The notes under the pieces were generated by a model. That model worked only from the letters and a program-made list of their open reading frames with translations, was not told the origin of the DNA and ran no database searches. A stretch of DNA of 64,000 nt from a virus (Duplodnaviria; Heunggongvirae; Uroviricota; Caudoviricetes). The stretch lies in the IMG/VR virus record IMGVR_UViG_3300032322_001781, one strand, 5' to 3'. This document shows, piece by piece, positions 31,551-40,149 of the stretch; the stretch's first letter is position 1, and the number at the start of each line of letters is the position of its first letter. A program made the position numbers and the translations under genes.

Positions 31551-31808
31551 ATGAACATAGAACAAATAGAAGAAATAAACCCAGAAGCTTTGATTTGTGA
31601 TGGGTTTGATGAAGCAATAATAGGCATGGCCGAGAGAATAAACCTTGGCCCTGTCGTTGCTTATAGCGTTGAAAAAATATTAGACACGTTAATCAACAGA
31701 GATGGTATGACATATGAAGAAGCTGTTGAATATTACGAGTTTAATATTGTAGGTGCTTGGTTTGGTGAATTTACACCAGTTTTTATAACAAATTATGAAA
31801 ATATATAA
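31551..31808 (+). CDS. Conserved phage hypothetical protein
   Basis: DGFDEAIIG...EAVEYYEFNIVGAW motif. Confidence 0.6.
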   Translation: MNIEQIEEINPEALICDGFDEAIIGMAERINLGPVVAYSVEKILDTLINRDGMTYEEAVEYYEFNIVGAWFGEFTPVFITNYENI

Positions 31809-31809
31809 A

Positions 31810-32064
31810 ATGAAAAAATTATTAATCGACATGTTGAGGACCCAACTTGAGGCCCAAAGAAGAAAAGCATTATTAACACTACACTTATTATCACATCATT
31901 CTGTTGGCATTGGTGACCATTCTACAGGAGATTTTTATAAAAATGCTGATGAAGCTCTAAGTATGTTAACTGAAGCTGATGATAAACTTGAAACTTTATC
32001 TAAATACGAATTTGAACTTGTTAATGGTGAGAATGTAACTTATAAAAATGGAGAAGCCTTATGA
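31810..32064 (+). CDS. Hypothetical protein
   Basis: VGIGDHS motif. Confidence 0.55.
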   Translation: MKKLLIDMLRTQLEAQRRKALLTLHLLSHHSVGIGDHSTGDFYKNADEALSMLTEADDKLETLSKYEFELVNGENVTYKNGEAL

Positions 32065-32756
32065 ATATAATGAATGAATTTAGAGAATATGCTGTAAAGC
32101 ATATGGGTGTTAGTAGTTTACAAATACATTATTGGGAACAACTTCAAGAAAAACTTTATGGTACTAACGCTTCTTTGACACCATATATTTTAGAGGAAAG
32201 AGAAATGCGTGCTACACAAATTGATATTTTTTCTAGAATGATGATGGACCGTATTATATGGTTGGCGGGACCTGTTAACGATAGAATGAGTACCGTTGTT
32301 CAAGCACAGCTTATGTTCTTAGATAATATTGAGACCAAAGATATTGTATTGCACATAGATTCACCTGGTGGTTCTGTAAAATCTGGGCTCAGTATTGTTG
32401 ATGTGATAGATTATGTATCTTCAGATATCGTAACTATAAACACAGGTATGGCTGCTAGCATGGGTAGTATTTTATTAGGTTCTGGTACCAAAGGTAAACG
32501 TTACAGTTTGCGTTTTAGTAGAGTTATGCTACACCAAGTTTCTAGTGGTGCGGAAGGTAACATTCAAGATATTCGTATTAGCTTAGCTGAAGCTGAAAAA
32601 TATAATGAAATTCTTTTTGACCTTCTTGGGAAATGTACAAACAAAGACCCAAAACAGGTAATGGAAGATGCTAGTCGTGATAAATGGTTAAATTCTGATG
32701 AAGCATTAGCTTATGGTATTGTAGATAACATTATTTTAAATAAAAATAAAAAATAA
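32061..32756 (+). CDS. clpP: ATP-dependent Clp protease proteolytic subunit
   Basis: IDSPGG, AASMGS, MLHQ and RDKWL...EALAYG motifs. Confidence 0.95.
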   Translation: MNIMNEFREYAVKHMGVSSLQIHYWEQLQEKLYGTNASLTPYILEEREMRATQIDIFSRMMMDRIIWLAGPVNDRMSTVVQAQLMFLDNIETKDIVLHIDSPGGSVKSGLSIVDVIDYVSSDIVTINTGMAASMGSILLGSGTKGKRYSLRFSRVMLHQVSSGAEGNIQDIRISLAEAEKYNEILFDLLGKCTNKDPKQVMEDASRDKWLNSDEALAYGIVDNIILNKNKK

Positions 32757-32868
32757 TTGGTAAAGTGTTTGTATTTTTAAATATAATTTAGTACCTTTGC
32801 ATTAACAATAAAAATATGTGGTCTTTTTTATTAGGCCACATATTTATATTACAAGTTCTTTAATTTAT

Positions 32869-33223
32869 GGGGATATAAAGGTATTGACTGAGTATAGTCG
32901 TAATTGGTAAGCATGTAGTGCTAAATGGAAGCACTTTAAACTAGCTATTAAACTTTTTAAACGGCAACGATTTTGTTGTATCCGAAAATTTCCTTAACGA
33001 AGCTGCATGCAGTTTCGCTGGAGAGCTTGCTGTAGCCTAATATAGCTGATAGTGATAATTCACTTCATCGTGGTATGTTCCACGACATGATGGTAGTCCA
33101 TTAGGGTATCATGATTTCCTTCACGAATAATCATGATATTTGGCTTCATTAGAAAAAGAAGATAAACATGTAGAAAGTCTTTGAAGAATATTCAACACAT
33201 GGGTTCGATTCCCATTATCTCCA
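32869..33223 (+). ncRNA. ssrA: tmRNA
   Basis: GGGGATA/TATCTCC acceptor, GGTTCGATTCCC T-arm, and tag ORF 32963-33040 (GNDFVVSENFLNEAACSFAGELAVA*). Confidence 0.92.
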
Positions 33224-33323
33224 CTCATACCAGATTTATGTCCAATAAATACGCCACGGGATATAAAATAAAAACCCCCAGTAAATCGCTTTATTGGGGG
33301 TAATTTTTTGGTAGCCTCAACAT

Positions 33324-33410
33324 TTATTTGCTAGGTGTTGGGGGGTTAGTTGTGGTTGTGCTTGTAGGCTTTGGTTTGCCACATCCACATCCGTTGCTTA
33401 CTGTGTTCAT
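33324..33410 (-). CDS. 28-aa GCGCGK peptide
   Basis: MNTVSNGCGCGKPKPTSTTTTNPPTPSK; minus-strand TATTTATA motif upstream. Confidence 0.5.
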   Translation of the reverse strand: MNTVSNGCGCGKPKPTSTTTTNPPTPSK

Positions 33411-33487
33411 GTTCTTTTAATTTTTATAGTGTGTTATTGTTATATATAAATACTTGACTTATCATAAATAAGATTTTATATTTAATT

Positions 33488-33703
33488 ATGTTTAAATCAA
33501 AGTATACTGTTTCATTCTTAGATAGTAAATGGAATGTCTTGAAAAATAATATTAAAGTTCATTCTTTACCTAGAAAAGACGAATATGTTTTTTTTAATGG
33601 GTTGTATTATGAAGTTTTAAACGTAGTGCATACTATTGATAATAATCACATAATATACGTCATTATCAATGAAGTGCCACATCAACACAAACCAACAAAA
33701 TAA
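33488..33703 (+). CDS. Hypothetical protein
   Basis: 71 aa ORF. Confidence 0.55.
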   Translation: MFKSKYTVSFLDSKWNVLKNNIKVHSLPRKDEYVFFNGLYYEVLNVVHTIDNNHIIYVIINEVPHQHKPTK

Positions 33704-33799
33704 AAAAAAAATATTTTTTTTAAATTTACTTGACAAATAATGATTTTTTTAGTACTTTTGCATATATATTTAAACAACGTTCTTTAAAAAACAAAAATT

Positions 33800-34020
33800 A
33801 TCCAAAAAGGTGGGTTCTGCAAACGAACTTTAAACAATTACTAATATGTAAAAAGTATGTGGGCCTTTTACCAAACCTATGACCGAAAGGATGGTTTGGA
33901 ACCAAAACCACCATGGTGTAAGACCATGTAAAAAAATAACTTCATGACGGAGGTCATGTAAAAATAGCTGCTAGGTAAACGGGAGTCCTATAAAATAAAA
34001 ACGAACAGCCATCTTGGGAT
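33800..34020 (+). ncRNA. Candidate structured ncRNA (helix + TTCTGCAA family)
   Basis: AAGGTGG/CCATCTT closing helix; internal hairpins CCAAACC/GGTTTGG, CATGG/CCATG, CATGAC/GTCATG; own TAnnTTTG promoter at 33753. Confidence 0.55.
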
Positions 34021-34025
34021 AACAT

Positions 34026-34095
34026 AGGGGATTGAGCGTAAGTAACGCTGAGGGCGATTGGGCCCTTTGATTAAGTATCGAATCTTCATCCCCTA
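34026..34095 (+). tRNA. Degenerate tRNA-like gene, anticodon unclear
   Basis: AGGGGAT/ATCCCCT acceptor, D-arm, AGGGC/GCCCT arm with a 6-nt loop, weak T-arm. Confidence 0.45.
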
Positions 34096-34100
34096 CATAT

Positions 34101-34172
34101 TGCGAGTCGGAGAAATGGTAACTCATTGGGCTCATAACCCAAAGATGGTTGGTTCGATTCCAACACTCGCTA
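34101..34172 (+). tRNA. tRNA-fMet(CAT)
   Basis: 1:72 mismatch, GGG/CCC anticodon stem, CAT anticodon. Confidence 0.9.
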
Positions 34173-34178
34173 CAAAAA

Positions 34179-34238
34179 AGAATGGATTCAGCAATTTAAA
34201 ATTCTATTTAGGAAAAACAGAAAACAACCCCATTCTGA
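34179..34238 (+). ncRNA. Minimal helix + TTCAGCAA RNA
   Basis: AGAATGG-ATTCAGCAA...CCATTCT-GA, followed by a terminator at about 34246-34272. Confidence 0.45.
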
Positions 34239-34331
34239 ACTTATTAAAAAGCCTCTTCGTGAGGCTTTTTTTGTTTACAATAATTACAAAGAATTATTTG
34301 CTTAATTCAATTTTTTTAGTAGCTTTGTATT

Positions 34332-34832
34332 ATGAATAAAAAATTATTAATAATTGGAAATATGAAACACGGAAAAGATACCTTTGCCGAAATATTAAAT
34401 GAACAATTTGGATTAAAATATCAGTCGTCATCACAAGCATCGGCTGATATTTTTTTATATGATGTTCTTAAAGATAAGTATGGGTATAAAACACCAGAAG
34501 AATGTTTTGAAGACCGTGTTAATCACAGGGCTGAATGGAAACAAATGATTTGTGATTATAACAAAGACGATAGAGCCAAGCTAGCGAAAGAAATCCTAAA
34601 GAATTCTGATTGTTATGTAGGAATGCGTGATAGAAAAGAAATCAATGAATGTATGAAACAAGGCTTGTTTGATATTATTGTATGGGTTGATGCGTCTGAA
34701 AGACTTCCTTTAGAACCAGCTAGTTCTTTTGATATTGACAAAACTTGTGCTGATGTTATAATTGAAAACAACGGTACTTTTGAAGAGTTCAAAGAAAAAG
34801 TTTTGAGATTTGGAAAAATATTTGCAAAATAA
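34332..34832 (+). CDS. Deoxynucleoside monophosphate kinase-like P-loop protein
   Basis: IGNMKHGKDT motif. Confidence 0.7.
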   Translation: MNKKLLIIGNMKHGKDTFAEILNEQFGLKYQSSSQASADIFLYDVLKDKYGYKTPEECFEDRVNHRAEWKQMICDYNKDDRAKLAKEILKNSDCYVGMRDRKEINECMKQGLFDIIVWVDASERLPLEPASSFDIDKTCADVIIENNGTFEEFKEKVLRFGKIFAK

Positions 34833-34884
34833 TATTTGTTAAAGTCATTTTGTTTTTATACCTTTGTAAAAAAAACAAAAAAAA

Positions 34885-35796
34885 ATGATTTTTAACAATA
34901 AAGTAAGTAGCGATAATGTTTTAAGACCAGAAAATAGGTCTTTCTTTGATAAGTATGTTAAAGAAATTGCAAAATTTAAAATTTTAACAAGGGATGAAGA
35001 ACAAAATCTTTTCAAGGAATATGAAGAGACTGGTGATGAAAAGATTTTAACTAAAATTTGTAAACACAATTTATTATTTGTTGTAACAGTAGCTAGACAT
35101 TATGCCAAATCGTTATCTTTTTCAAACACCATTGTGTTAGAAGATTTAGTAAACGAAGGAAATATGGGTTTATGCATTGCCGTTAAACGTTTTGACTATA
35201 AAACTGGTAATAAGTTTATAACATATGCTATATGGTTTATTAGACAACAAATTTTAAATTCAATGCAATTTAATTCTAAAAATATAAGAATCCCTTTCTC
35301 AGCTAGAGAAAATATAGTATTTTATAAAAATAAAAAAGATGAGTTAGAACAGAAACTAGGATGTGAAATTGATTTGGTTGATTTATATAATCATTTATCG
35401 GATGAAGGTTTATTAAGCGGTTTTGAAGATTTCACCAAAATGGAACATTTATTGAGGATGAATAAATATGAAACTAGATTAAATAGCAAAGTTGGTGACG
35501 ATGAAGAAGCTGAACTTATAGATTTTTTAAATACTTCTGACGATTATTTGGCTGATTCGGAACTTATGAAAAAAGATAGAAAAAATCAGGTTGATAGTAT
35601 TTTAAAAATGTTAGATGAAAAAACAGCTTCTTATATTAGAGATTATTTTGGGATTGATAGTACAGAACCATTGAATTTTAGGGGAATTGCAACGAAATAC
35701 AACACCAACCCAACAAATGTTATAAATCATATTAAAAGAGGTTTTAGACGAATTAATCGTCTAAAAAATAGAAAAGTTATTTCTATTGATATTTAA
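34885..35796 (+). CDS. Second sigma-70 family factor
   Basis: EDLVNEGNMGL and FITYAIWFIRQ motifs. Confidence 0.88.
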   Translation: MIFNNKVSSDNVLRPENRSFFDKYVKEIAKFKILTRDEEQNLFKEYEETGDEKILTKICKHNLLFVVTVARHYAKSLSFSNTIVLEDLVNEGNMGLCIAVKRFDYKTGNKFITYAIWFIRQQILNSMQFNSKNIRIPFSARENIVFYKNKKDELEQKLGCEIDLVDLYNHLSDEGLLSGFEDFTKMEHLLRMNKYETRLNSKVGDDEEAELIDFLNTSDDYLADSELMKKDRKNQVDSILKMLDEKTASYIRDYFGIDSTEPLNFRGIATKYNTNPTNVINHIKRGFRRINRLKNRKVISIDI

Positions 35797-35801
35797 TAAT
35801 A

Positions 35802-36980
35802 ATGAAACGTGAAATTGTAAAAATACTTAGAGAAGGACTTGTGCGTGAAGAACGTATAAAGTTTGATTTTACTATACCACAAGATATTCAACAAATAAAA
35901 GACGTGTTCAAAAAGAACGGTTTTAAACTATATGTTGTTGGTGGAGCTGTTCGTGATGCACTTTTGGGGAAAAAACCCAAAGATTTTGATTTGGTTACCG
36001 ATGCTCATCCAGACAAAGTAGAAGAAATTATGGCCAAATCTGGTCTTAGAACGCTCCCAACAGGCAAGGCGTTTGGTGTTATAAATGTGTTTACTGACCA
36101 AGGTGAATATGAAATAGCAACTATGCGTAAGGACATAGGTTCTGGCAGAAGACCAGATTCTGTTGAATATACAGATATTAATCACGATGTTTTAAGAAGA
36201 GACCTTACCATCAATGCATTGTTTTACGATATTGATACACATGAAATTGTTGATTTAGTTGGTGGTGTGCAAGACCTTAAAAATGGTGTTATAAGAACCG
36301 TTGGTGCACCAGAAGATAGATTTGGTGAAGACCGTTTGCGTATCATGAGAGCAATACGTTTTTCTGGCAGATTTGGAAATGAATTGGACCCAGCTACTGA
36401 TGCTGCGTTGCAAAAAGATGCGAGTCTTGAGGGAATTTCTGGTGAACGTATTCGTGATGAATTCATCAAAGGGATTAATTCTGCCAAGTCACAAAAACAC
36501 TTCTTGGAGATGTTAAACAGATACAATTTGTTTGATTGGATATTCAAAGGTTTGAATGTTGACTTGGATTTTATTTCTAGTATGAATAAGAATCATGATG
36601 ATTACATTGTGTTATTAGCAAGACTCCTAAAGAAAAACAACCTAGACGTATTAAAGAAAAAATTAAATGAATTAAAATACTCTGTTGAAGAAGTTAAAGC
36701 CATAACATTCCTTATAGCTATGTTGAAATTGGATGTTGACACAGCGGTTACCTTAAAAAAAGCTGAACAAAATTCTGGTGTATCTCCAGACCAAATCAGA
36801 GAGTTCTGTGGAAAGGAAAATGTGCCATCACAACTTTTGAACGCATTTGAAGAATTCAGACTTTCTGTAAGTGGCCAAGAAGTTATGGATAAAATGGGTT
36901 TGAAACAAGGTCCAGAGCTTGGTAAAGCAATTCAAAAGATTGAGACTGATAACTTCAAAAAAATACTGGGTTCTATCTAA
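35802..36980 (+). CDS. cca: CCA-adding tRNA nucleotidyltransferase
   Basis: VGGAVRD, DFDLVT, RRDLTINA and EDRLRIMRAIRF motifs. Confidence 0.93.
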   Translation: MKREIVKILREGLVREERIKFDFTIPQDIQQIKDVFKKNGFKLYVVGGAVRDALLGKKPKDFDLVTDAHPDKVEEIMAKSGLRTLPTGKAFGVINVFTDQGEYEIATMRKDIGSGRRPDSVEYTDINHDVLRRDLTINALFYDIDTHEIVDLVGGVQDLKNGVIRTVGAPEDRFGEDRLRIMRAIRFSGRFGNELDPATDAALQKDASLEGISGERIRDEFIKGINSAKSQKHFLEMLNRYNLFDWIFKGLNVDLDFISSMNKNHDDYIVLLARLLKKNNLDVLKKKLNELKYSVEEVKAITFLIAMLKLDVDTAVTLKKAEQNSGVSPDQIREFCGKENVPSQLLNAFEEFRLSVSGQEVMDKMGLKQGPELGKAIQKIETDNFKKILGSI

Positions 36981-37029
36981 CGCTTTATTTTTTTGTATGG
37001 TGTGATATATTTATTGCATATTTAAATTT

Positions 37030-37404
37030 ATGGCAAAATATATTGTAACTTTCAATGACCAGATAAATGATATTGAATTATTTGGTTTCAAACTTATGAC
37101 TGAAAAAGAAGTAGAATCGTTTGAAGATTTATCAGAAAGCATTAGATGGACTTTTTACTTTCCTTTGGCAAATCATCTTGAATTAGAATTTTCAGATGGT
37201 AATGATTTATTATCAAAATTGGACTTCAAAGAAGTTAGCAATGATGAGTTTAAATATTTAAAAAAAGTTTTTGGTGAAGGATTTGGATTTTTTATTGATG
37301 AGGAATTTTTAGAATCTCAACTAGAAGAGGAAGAAGAAGAACTTTATGACCAAGAAGATGATTACGACCAAGAAGATTCTTTTGATAATGATGATGATTA
37401 TTAA
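37030..37404 (+). CDS. Acidic hypothetical protein
   Basis: 124 aa ORF with D/E-rich tail. Confidence 0.6.
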   Translation: MAKYIVTFNDQINDIELFGFKLMTEKEVESFEDLSESIRWTFYFPLANHLELEFSDGNDLLSKLDFKEVSNDEFKYLKKVFGEGFGFFIDEEFLESQLEEEEEELYDQEDDYDQEDSFDNDDDY

Positions 37405-37443
37405 TTTTTATATCTTATAAGATATTTATTATAAAATATTATC

Positions 37444-38049
37444 ATGAGAAAGAAAGAAATAATCACTGAAGCTAAAAGGAAAACTTTGTTGGCTGATAGA
37501 GAAAAAGCAATTGTTGAATCATTTGCAAAAAATTTTAACAAAATAAAAAGATTGGATGAAGCGTACGGAATGTCTTTTGAAGAAGCAAAAGCAGAAGCCA
37601 AAAGAATTTCTGATGAAGAAGGTGGTGCAGCTCAACATGTAAATCAAGTCGGTGAAGACAAATTCATTGTTTCTGACTTTTTTGATTCTGACACAACAGT
37701 AGCTAGTTTTGGTTTAGGTATTGATGAAGCTGAAGAAGTTTATGAACTAGCCTCTAGAGGTGTTGAATATGGAATGGACCCGTATTCTGAAAGACCATCA
37801 TTATTTGATGCTGTTGATAAGATATTGGTTTCTAGACCAGAAGGTATGGGAGGAGTTATAAATATTATATATGGTATATATATTATATATAAAAATGGTA
37901 AACAAGAAAAAATTAACTCAGTTGAAGAATTCAATCAAAAATTCGGAACAGATATTCCATTAACCAAAGACCCTAGGGAAGTTGTTTCTTATCTTGAAAT
38001 GAATTACCCAGAAGTTACAGTATATTTGGATGAATTTGACGTTTCGTAA
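37444..38049 (+). CDS. Putative head-internal protein
   Basis: IITEAKR...IVES...LDEA L-x-E motifs; TATTTAT upstream. Confidence 0.5.
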   Translation: MRKKEIITEAKRKTLLADREKAIVESFAKNFNKIKRLDEAYGMSFEEAKAEAKRISDEEGGAAQHVNQVGEDKFIVSDFFDSDTTVASFGLGIDEAEEVYELASRGVEYGMDPYSERPSLFDAVDKILVSRPEGMGGVINIIYGIYIIYKNGKQEKINSVEEFNQKFGTDIPLTKDPREVVSYLEMNYPEVTVYLDEFDVS

Positions 38050-38161
38050 ATATAATTCTTATTAAGAATATAGATAATTTTTTAAAATAAATTTGGTAAT
38101 GTCAAAATTAATTCGTACCTTTGTCTTATCAAATTAAAACAAAAAAAATATTTTGCAAAAA

Positions 38162-38226
38162 TACTTGACAAATTAAAAAATAATTAGTACCTTTGCATAA
38201 CTTTTAGAAAAAACAACATATTTATT
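38162..38226 (+). promoter_or_regulatory. tRNA-operon promoter, copy 1
   Basis: TTGACA (38165) ... TACCTTTG (38188) followed by TATTTAT; near-identical copies at about 56451, 59517 and 63425. Confidence 0.8.
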
Positions 38227-38240
38227 TAAAAATAAAAACA

Positions 38241-38342
38241 ATGAGAAACATTAATATACATATAAATTCGATTAGCATGTGGAGACGTAATAGTAATCCA
38301 TTTGAGTCGGCTATGTCTGTAAGTTTCTTTGATGACATCTAA
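38241..38342 (+). CDS. Attenuator leader peptide L1, MRNINIHINSISMWRRNSNPFESAMSVSFFDDI
   Basis: Codons 2-19 encode only R, N, I, H, S, M, W; antiterminator segment TTTGAGTCGG at 38301-38310. Confidence 0.85.
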   Translation: MRNINIHINSISMWRRNSNPFESAMSVSFFDDI

Positions 38343-38365
38343 AATCAAAATAAACAATAAAGAAG

Positions 38366-38401
38366 AACCCGATTCAGAATAAAATCTAAATCGGGTTTTT
38401 T
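38366..38401 (+). terminator. Attenuator terminator T1
   Basis: AACCCGATTCAG/CTAAATCGGGTT stem plus T-run. Confidence 0.85.
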
Positions 38402-38412
38402 CATTTTAAAAA

Positions 38413-38583
38413 ATGGCTGAACAAAGACTCAAAAAACTTGGAATCGTAAAAGCGACTAAATTAACCAAGAATTTTGATGAGCTTTATGAGGTTTACAAAA
38501 AGAAAGCTGAAAAAGCTGGATATATTGGTGAACTTAAGTTCATCAACGAACATGGTAGAGTGTTTATCTACGTAGTTCTTTGA
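38413..38583 (+). CDS. Small hypothetical protein (56 aa), first gene after T1
   Basis: MAEQRLKKLG...; not in the ORF track. Confidence 0.5.
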   Translation: MAEQRLKKLGIVKATKLTKNFDELYEVYKKKAEKAGYIGELKFINEHGRVFIYVVL

Positions 38584-38599
38584 CATGGTGGTTAAATAC

Positions 38600-38681
38600 A
38601 CAGTGGCATTCATTGGCGAGATAAGCAGTCTCCAAAACTGTGAGCATTACGCTCTTGTGAGTTCAACTCTCACTCACTGTG
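38600..38681 (+). tRNA. tRNA-Trp(CCA), long variable arm
   Basis: Cloverleaf, ctCCAaa loop, G73. Confidence 0.85.
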
Positions 38682-38695
38682 CAAATTATTTTAAT

Positions 38696-38786
38696 GGAAG
38701 CTCCCATGTGGCGTGGTACGTGGTCTTGAAAACCATGAGGTCGGTAACCAATCCGATGTGGCCGAGTTCGACTCTCCCAGTTTCCG
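38696..38786 (+). tRNA. tRNA-Ser(TGA)
   Basis: ctTGAaa loop, long variable arm, G73. Confidence 0.85.
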
Positions 38787-38802
38787 CTTTTAAACTTTAT
38801 AT

Positions 38803-38876
38803 GGGTCAGTTAGCTCAATTGGCAGAGCAATAGATTGTGATTCTATGGGTTATGGGTTCGAGTCCCATACTGGCCC
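38803..38876 (+). tRNA. tRNA-His(GTG)
   Basis: G-1, C73, ttGTGat loop. Confidence 0.9.
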
Positions 38877-38885
38877 CTTAAATAT

Positions 38886-38961
38886 GGTGTTTGAAGCTTT
38901 AATGGTTAAGCGTTGGTCTGTGAATCCAAAGAAGACGGCTCGGTACCGTCCTTACACCCCA
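38886..38961 (+). tRNA. tRNA-His(GTG)
   Basis: ctGTGaa loop, encoded CCA, atypical CTCGGTA T-loop. Confidence 0.8.
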
Positions 38962-39131
38962 CTTTTTTACCGCCTTTAAACGATGGTTTGAACTCCATAG
39001 AGATGGATGCTAGTGAATATGATAATAAACTAGGGCGGTTGAGAGTTAGAATTTATTATAAAATAAAAAAAATACACATGAAAAAAGAATTTGATATGCT
39101 TTAGGACTGCTAAACAACAGTCATTTAAGCA

Positions 39132-39317
39132 ATGAGTAACGAAAAATCAAAAACAACAAATCGTTCTGTATATAATAAACTATATCAAAACGAATTATCT
39201 AAAAAATTTGGATTATGTCCAATATGTGGCCCACATTCTGGTTGTAATAGTCGATTTGGAAAAAAAGGACCATATAGAAATTGGAAAAATTATAGAAAAA
39301 CAAGGTGGAAACAATAG
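39132..39317 (+). CDS. Small basic protein with CPICGPHSGC
   Basis: 61 aa ORF within the tRNA cluster. Confidence 0.55.
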   Translation: MSNEKSKTTNRSVYNKLYQNELSKKFGLCPICGPHSGCNSRFGKKGPYRNWKNYRKTRWKQ

Positions 39318-39333
39318 GGTCTCCACCATTAAA

Positions 39334-39418
39334 CGTGAGGTGGTCTAGCGGTTTGGGGCACCAGTCTGATACACTGGAGAGGAAACTCTATAGGTGGGTT
39401 CGACTCCCACCCTCACGA
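39334..39418 (+). tRNA. tRNA-Ile(GAT), long variable arm
   Basis: ctGATac loop, CCAGT/ACTGG stem. Confidence 0.85.
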
Positions 39419-39427
39419 CTTTAAATT

Positions 39428-39502
39428 CTTGAGGTAATAGTCAATGGTGAGACTGGGAAGCTTATATCTTCGCACGTGTGGGTTCGAGTCCCACCTTCAA
39501 GA
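39428..39502 (+). tRNA. tRNA-Ile(TAT)
   Basis: ctTATat loop, CTTGAGG/CTTCAAG acceptor. Confidence 0.8.
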
Positions 39503-39524
39503 CTTGGAACTTTTTGTAAAATAT

Positions 39525-39597
39525 GGACTGTAAGCTGACAAGGTGTAGCGGTGGTTTGTTAAACCAAGGGTGGTTGGTTCGATTCCAACACAGTCCG
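39525..39597 (+). tRNA. tRNA-Asn(GTT)
   Basis: ttGTTaa loop, G73. Confidence 0.88.
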
Positions 39598-39661
39598 CAA
39601 CATTAATTTTTATTGTTAATAATTGGTTTTTTGTGTTAGAACCACATAAATAATTAAAAAT

Positions 39662-39767
39662 GGACTGGTAGCTCAGAGGCAGAGCAAACGGCTAGGTGTG
39701 ATAATTAGTTTCACACAAAAGAGTGTTAACCGTTAGGCCGAGATTTCAAAATTCTCTCAGTCCTCCA
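39662..39767 (+). tRNA. tRNA-Asn(GTT) with a 31-nt insertion in the anticodon loop
   Basis: AACGG-CT-[39694..39724]-GTT-AA-CCGTT; encoded CCA. Confidence 0.7.
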
Positions 39768-39775
39768 AAATAAAT

Positions 39776-39845
39776 TGCATGTGTTATTGGAAAACAACCA
39801 GCTCTCATAAGGCAGGTCAAGTGGGTTCGACCCCCATCCATGCGA
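39776..39845 (+). tRNA. tRNA-Met(CAT) (or lysidine-type Ile)
   Basis: ctCATaa loop; imperfect stems. Confidence 0.7.
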
Positions 39846-39850
39846 CAAAT

Positions 39851-39930
39851 GCAGACGTAACCGAGCTAAGCTACGAACTTAGTAACCGTAAATGGAGTTG
39901 TAAATGGGGGTTCGAGTCCCTCCGTCTGTA
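39851..39930 (+). tRNA. tRNA-Arg(ACG), D-arm missing, long variable region
   Basis: GCAGACG/CGTCTGT acceptor, CTAAG-ctACGaa-CTTAG arm, only 8 nt between acceptor and anticodon stems. Confidence 0.65.
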
Positions 39931-39937
39931 CTATAAT

Positions 39938-40008
39938 GGTTCCATCGTTCAACGGAAGGACAAGGGTCTTCTAAGCCCTTTATGTAGGTTCGAGTCCTAC
40001 TGGGACTA
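39938..40008 (+). tRNA. tRNA-Arg(TCT)
   Basis: Canonical cloverleaf, ctTCTaa loop. Confidence 0.9.
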
Positions 40009-40012
40009 CTAT

Positions 40013-40101
40013 GGAGAGCTAACTGGACAGGGTTCCAGACTTGTTTGCTAAACAATGGGTGCGTCTAAAAAGCGCATGGTTTTCGATTAACCAGTTCTCC
40101 G
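40013..40101 (+). tRNA. tRNA-Ser(GCT)
   Basis: ttGCTaa loop, long variable arm, G73. Confidence 0.85.
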
Positions 40102-40149
40102 CCCTTGACTTTTTTATTTTGGCTAATATTTATAGAAAATTTTTAGCCA

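Noticed and set aside
38241-38401. T-box riboswitch as the explanation for the leader regions
   Set aside because: No T-box consensus or Stem I specifier structure is visible, and the regions are short. A translated leader with multiple sensor codons fits better.
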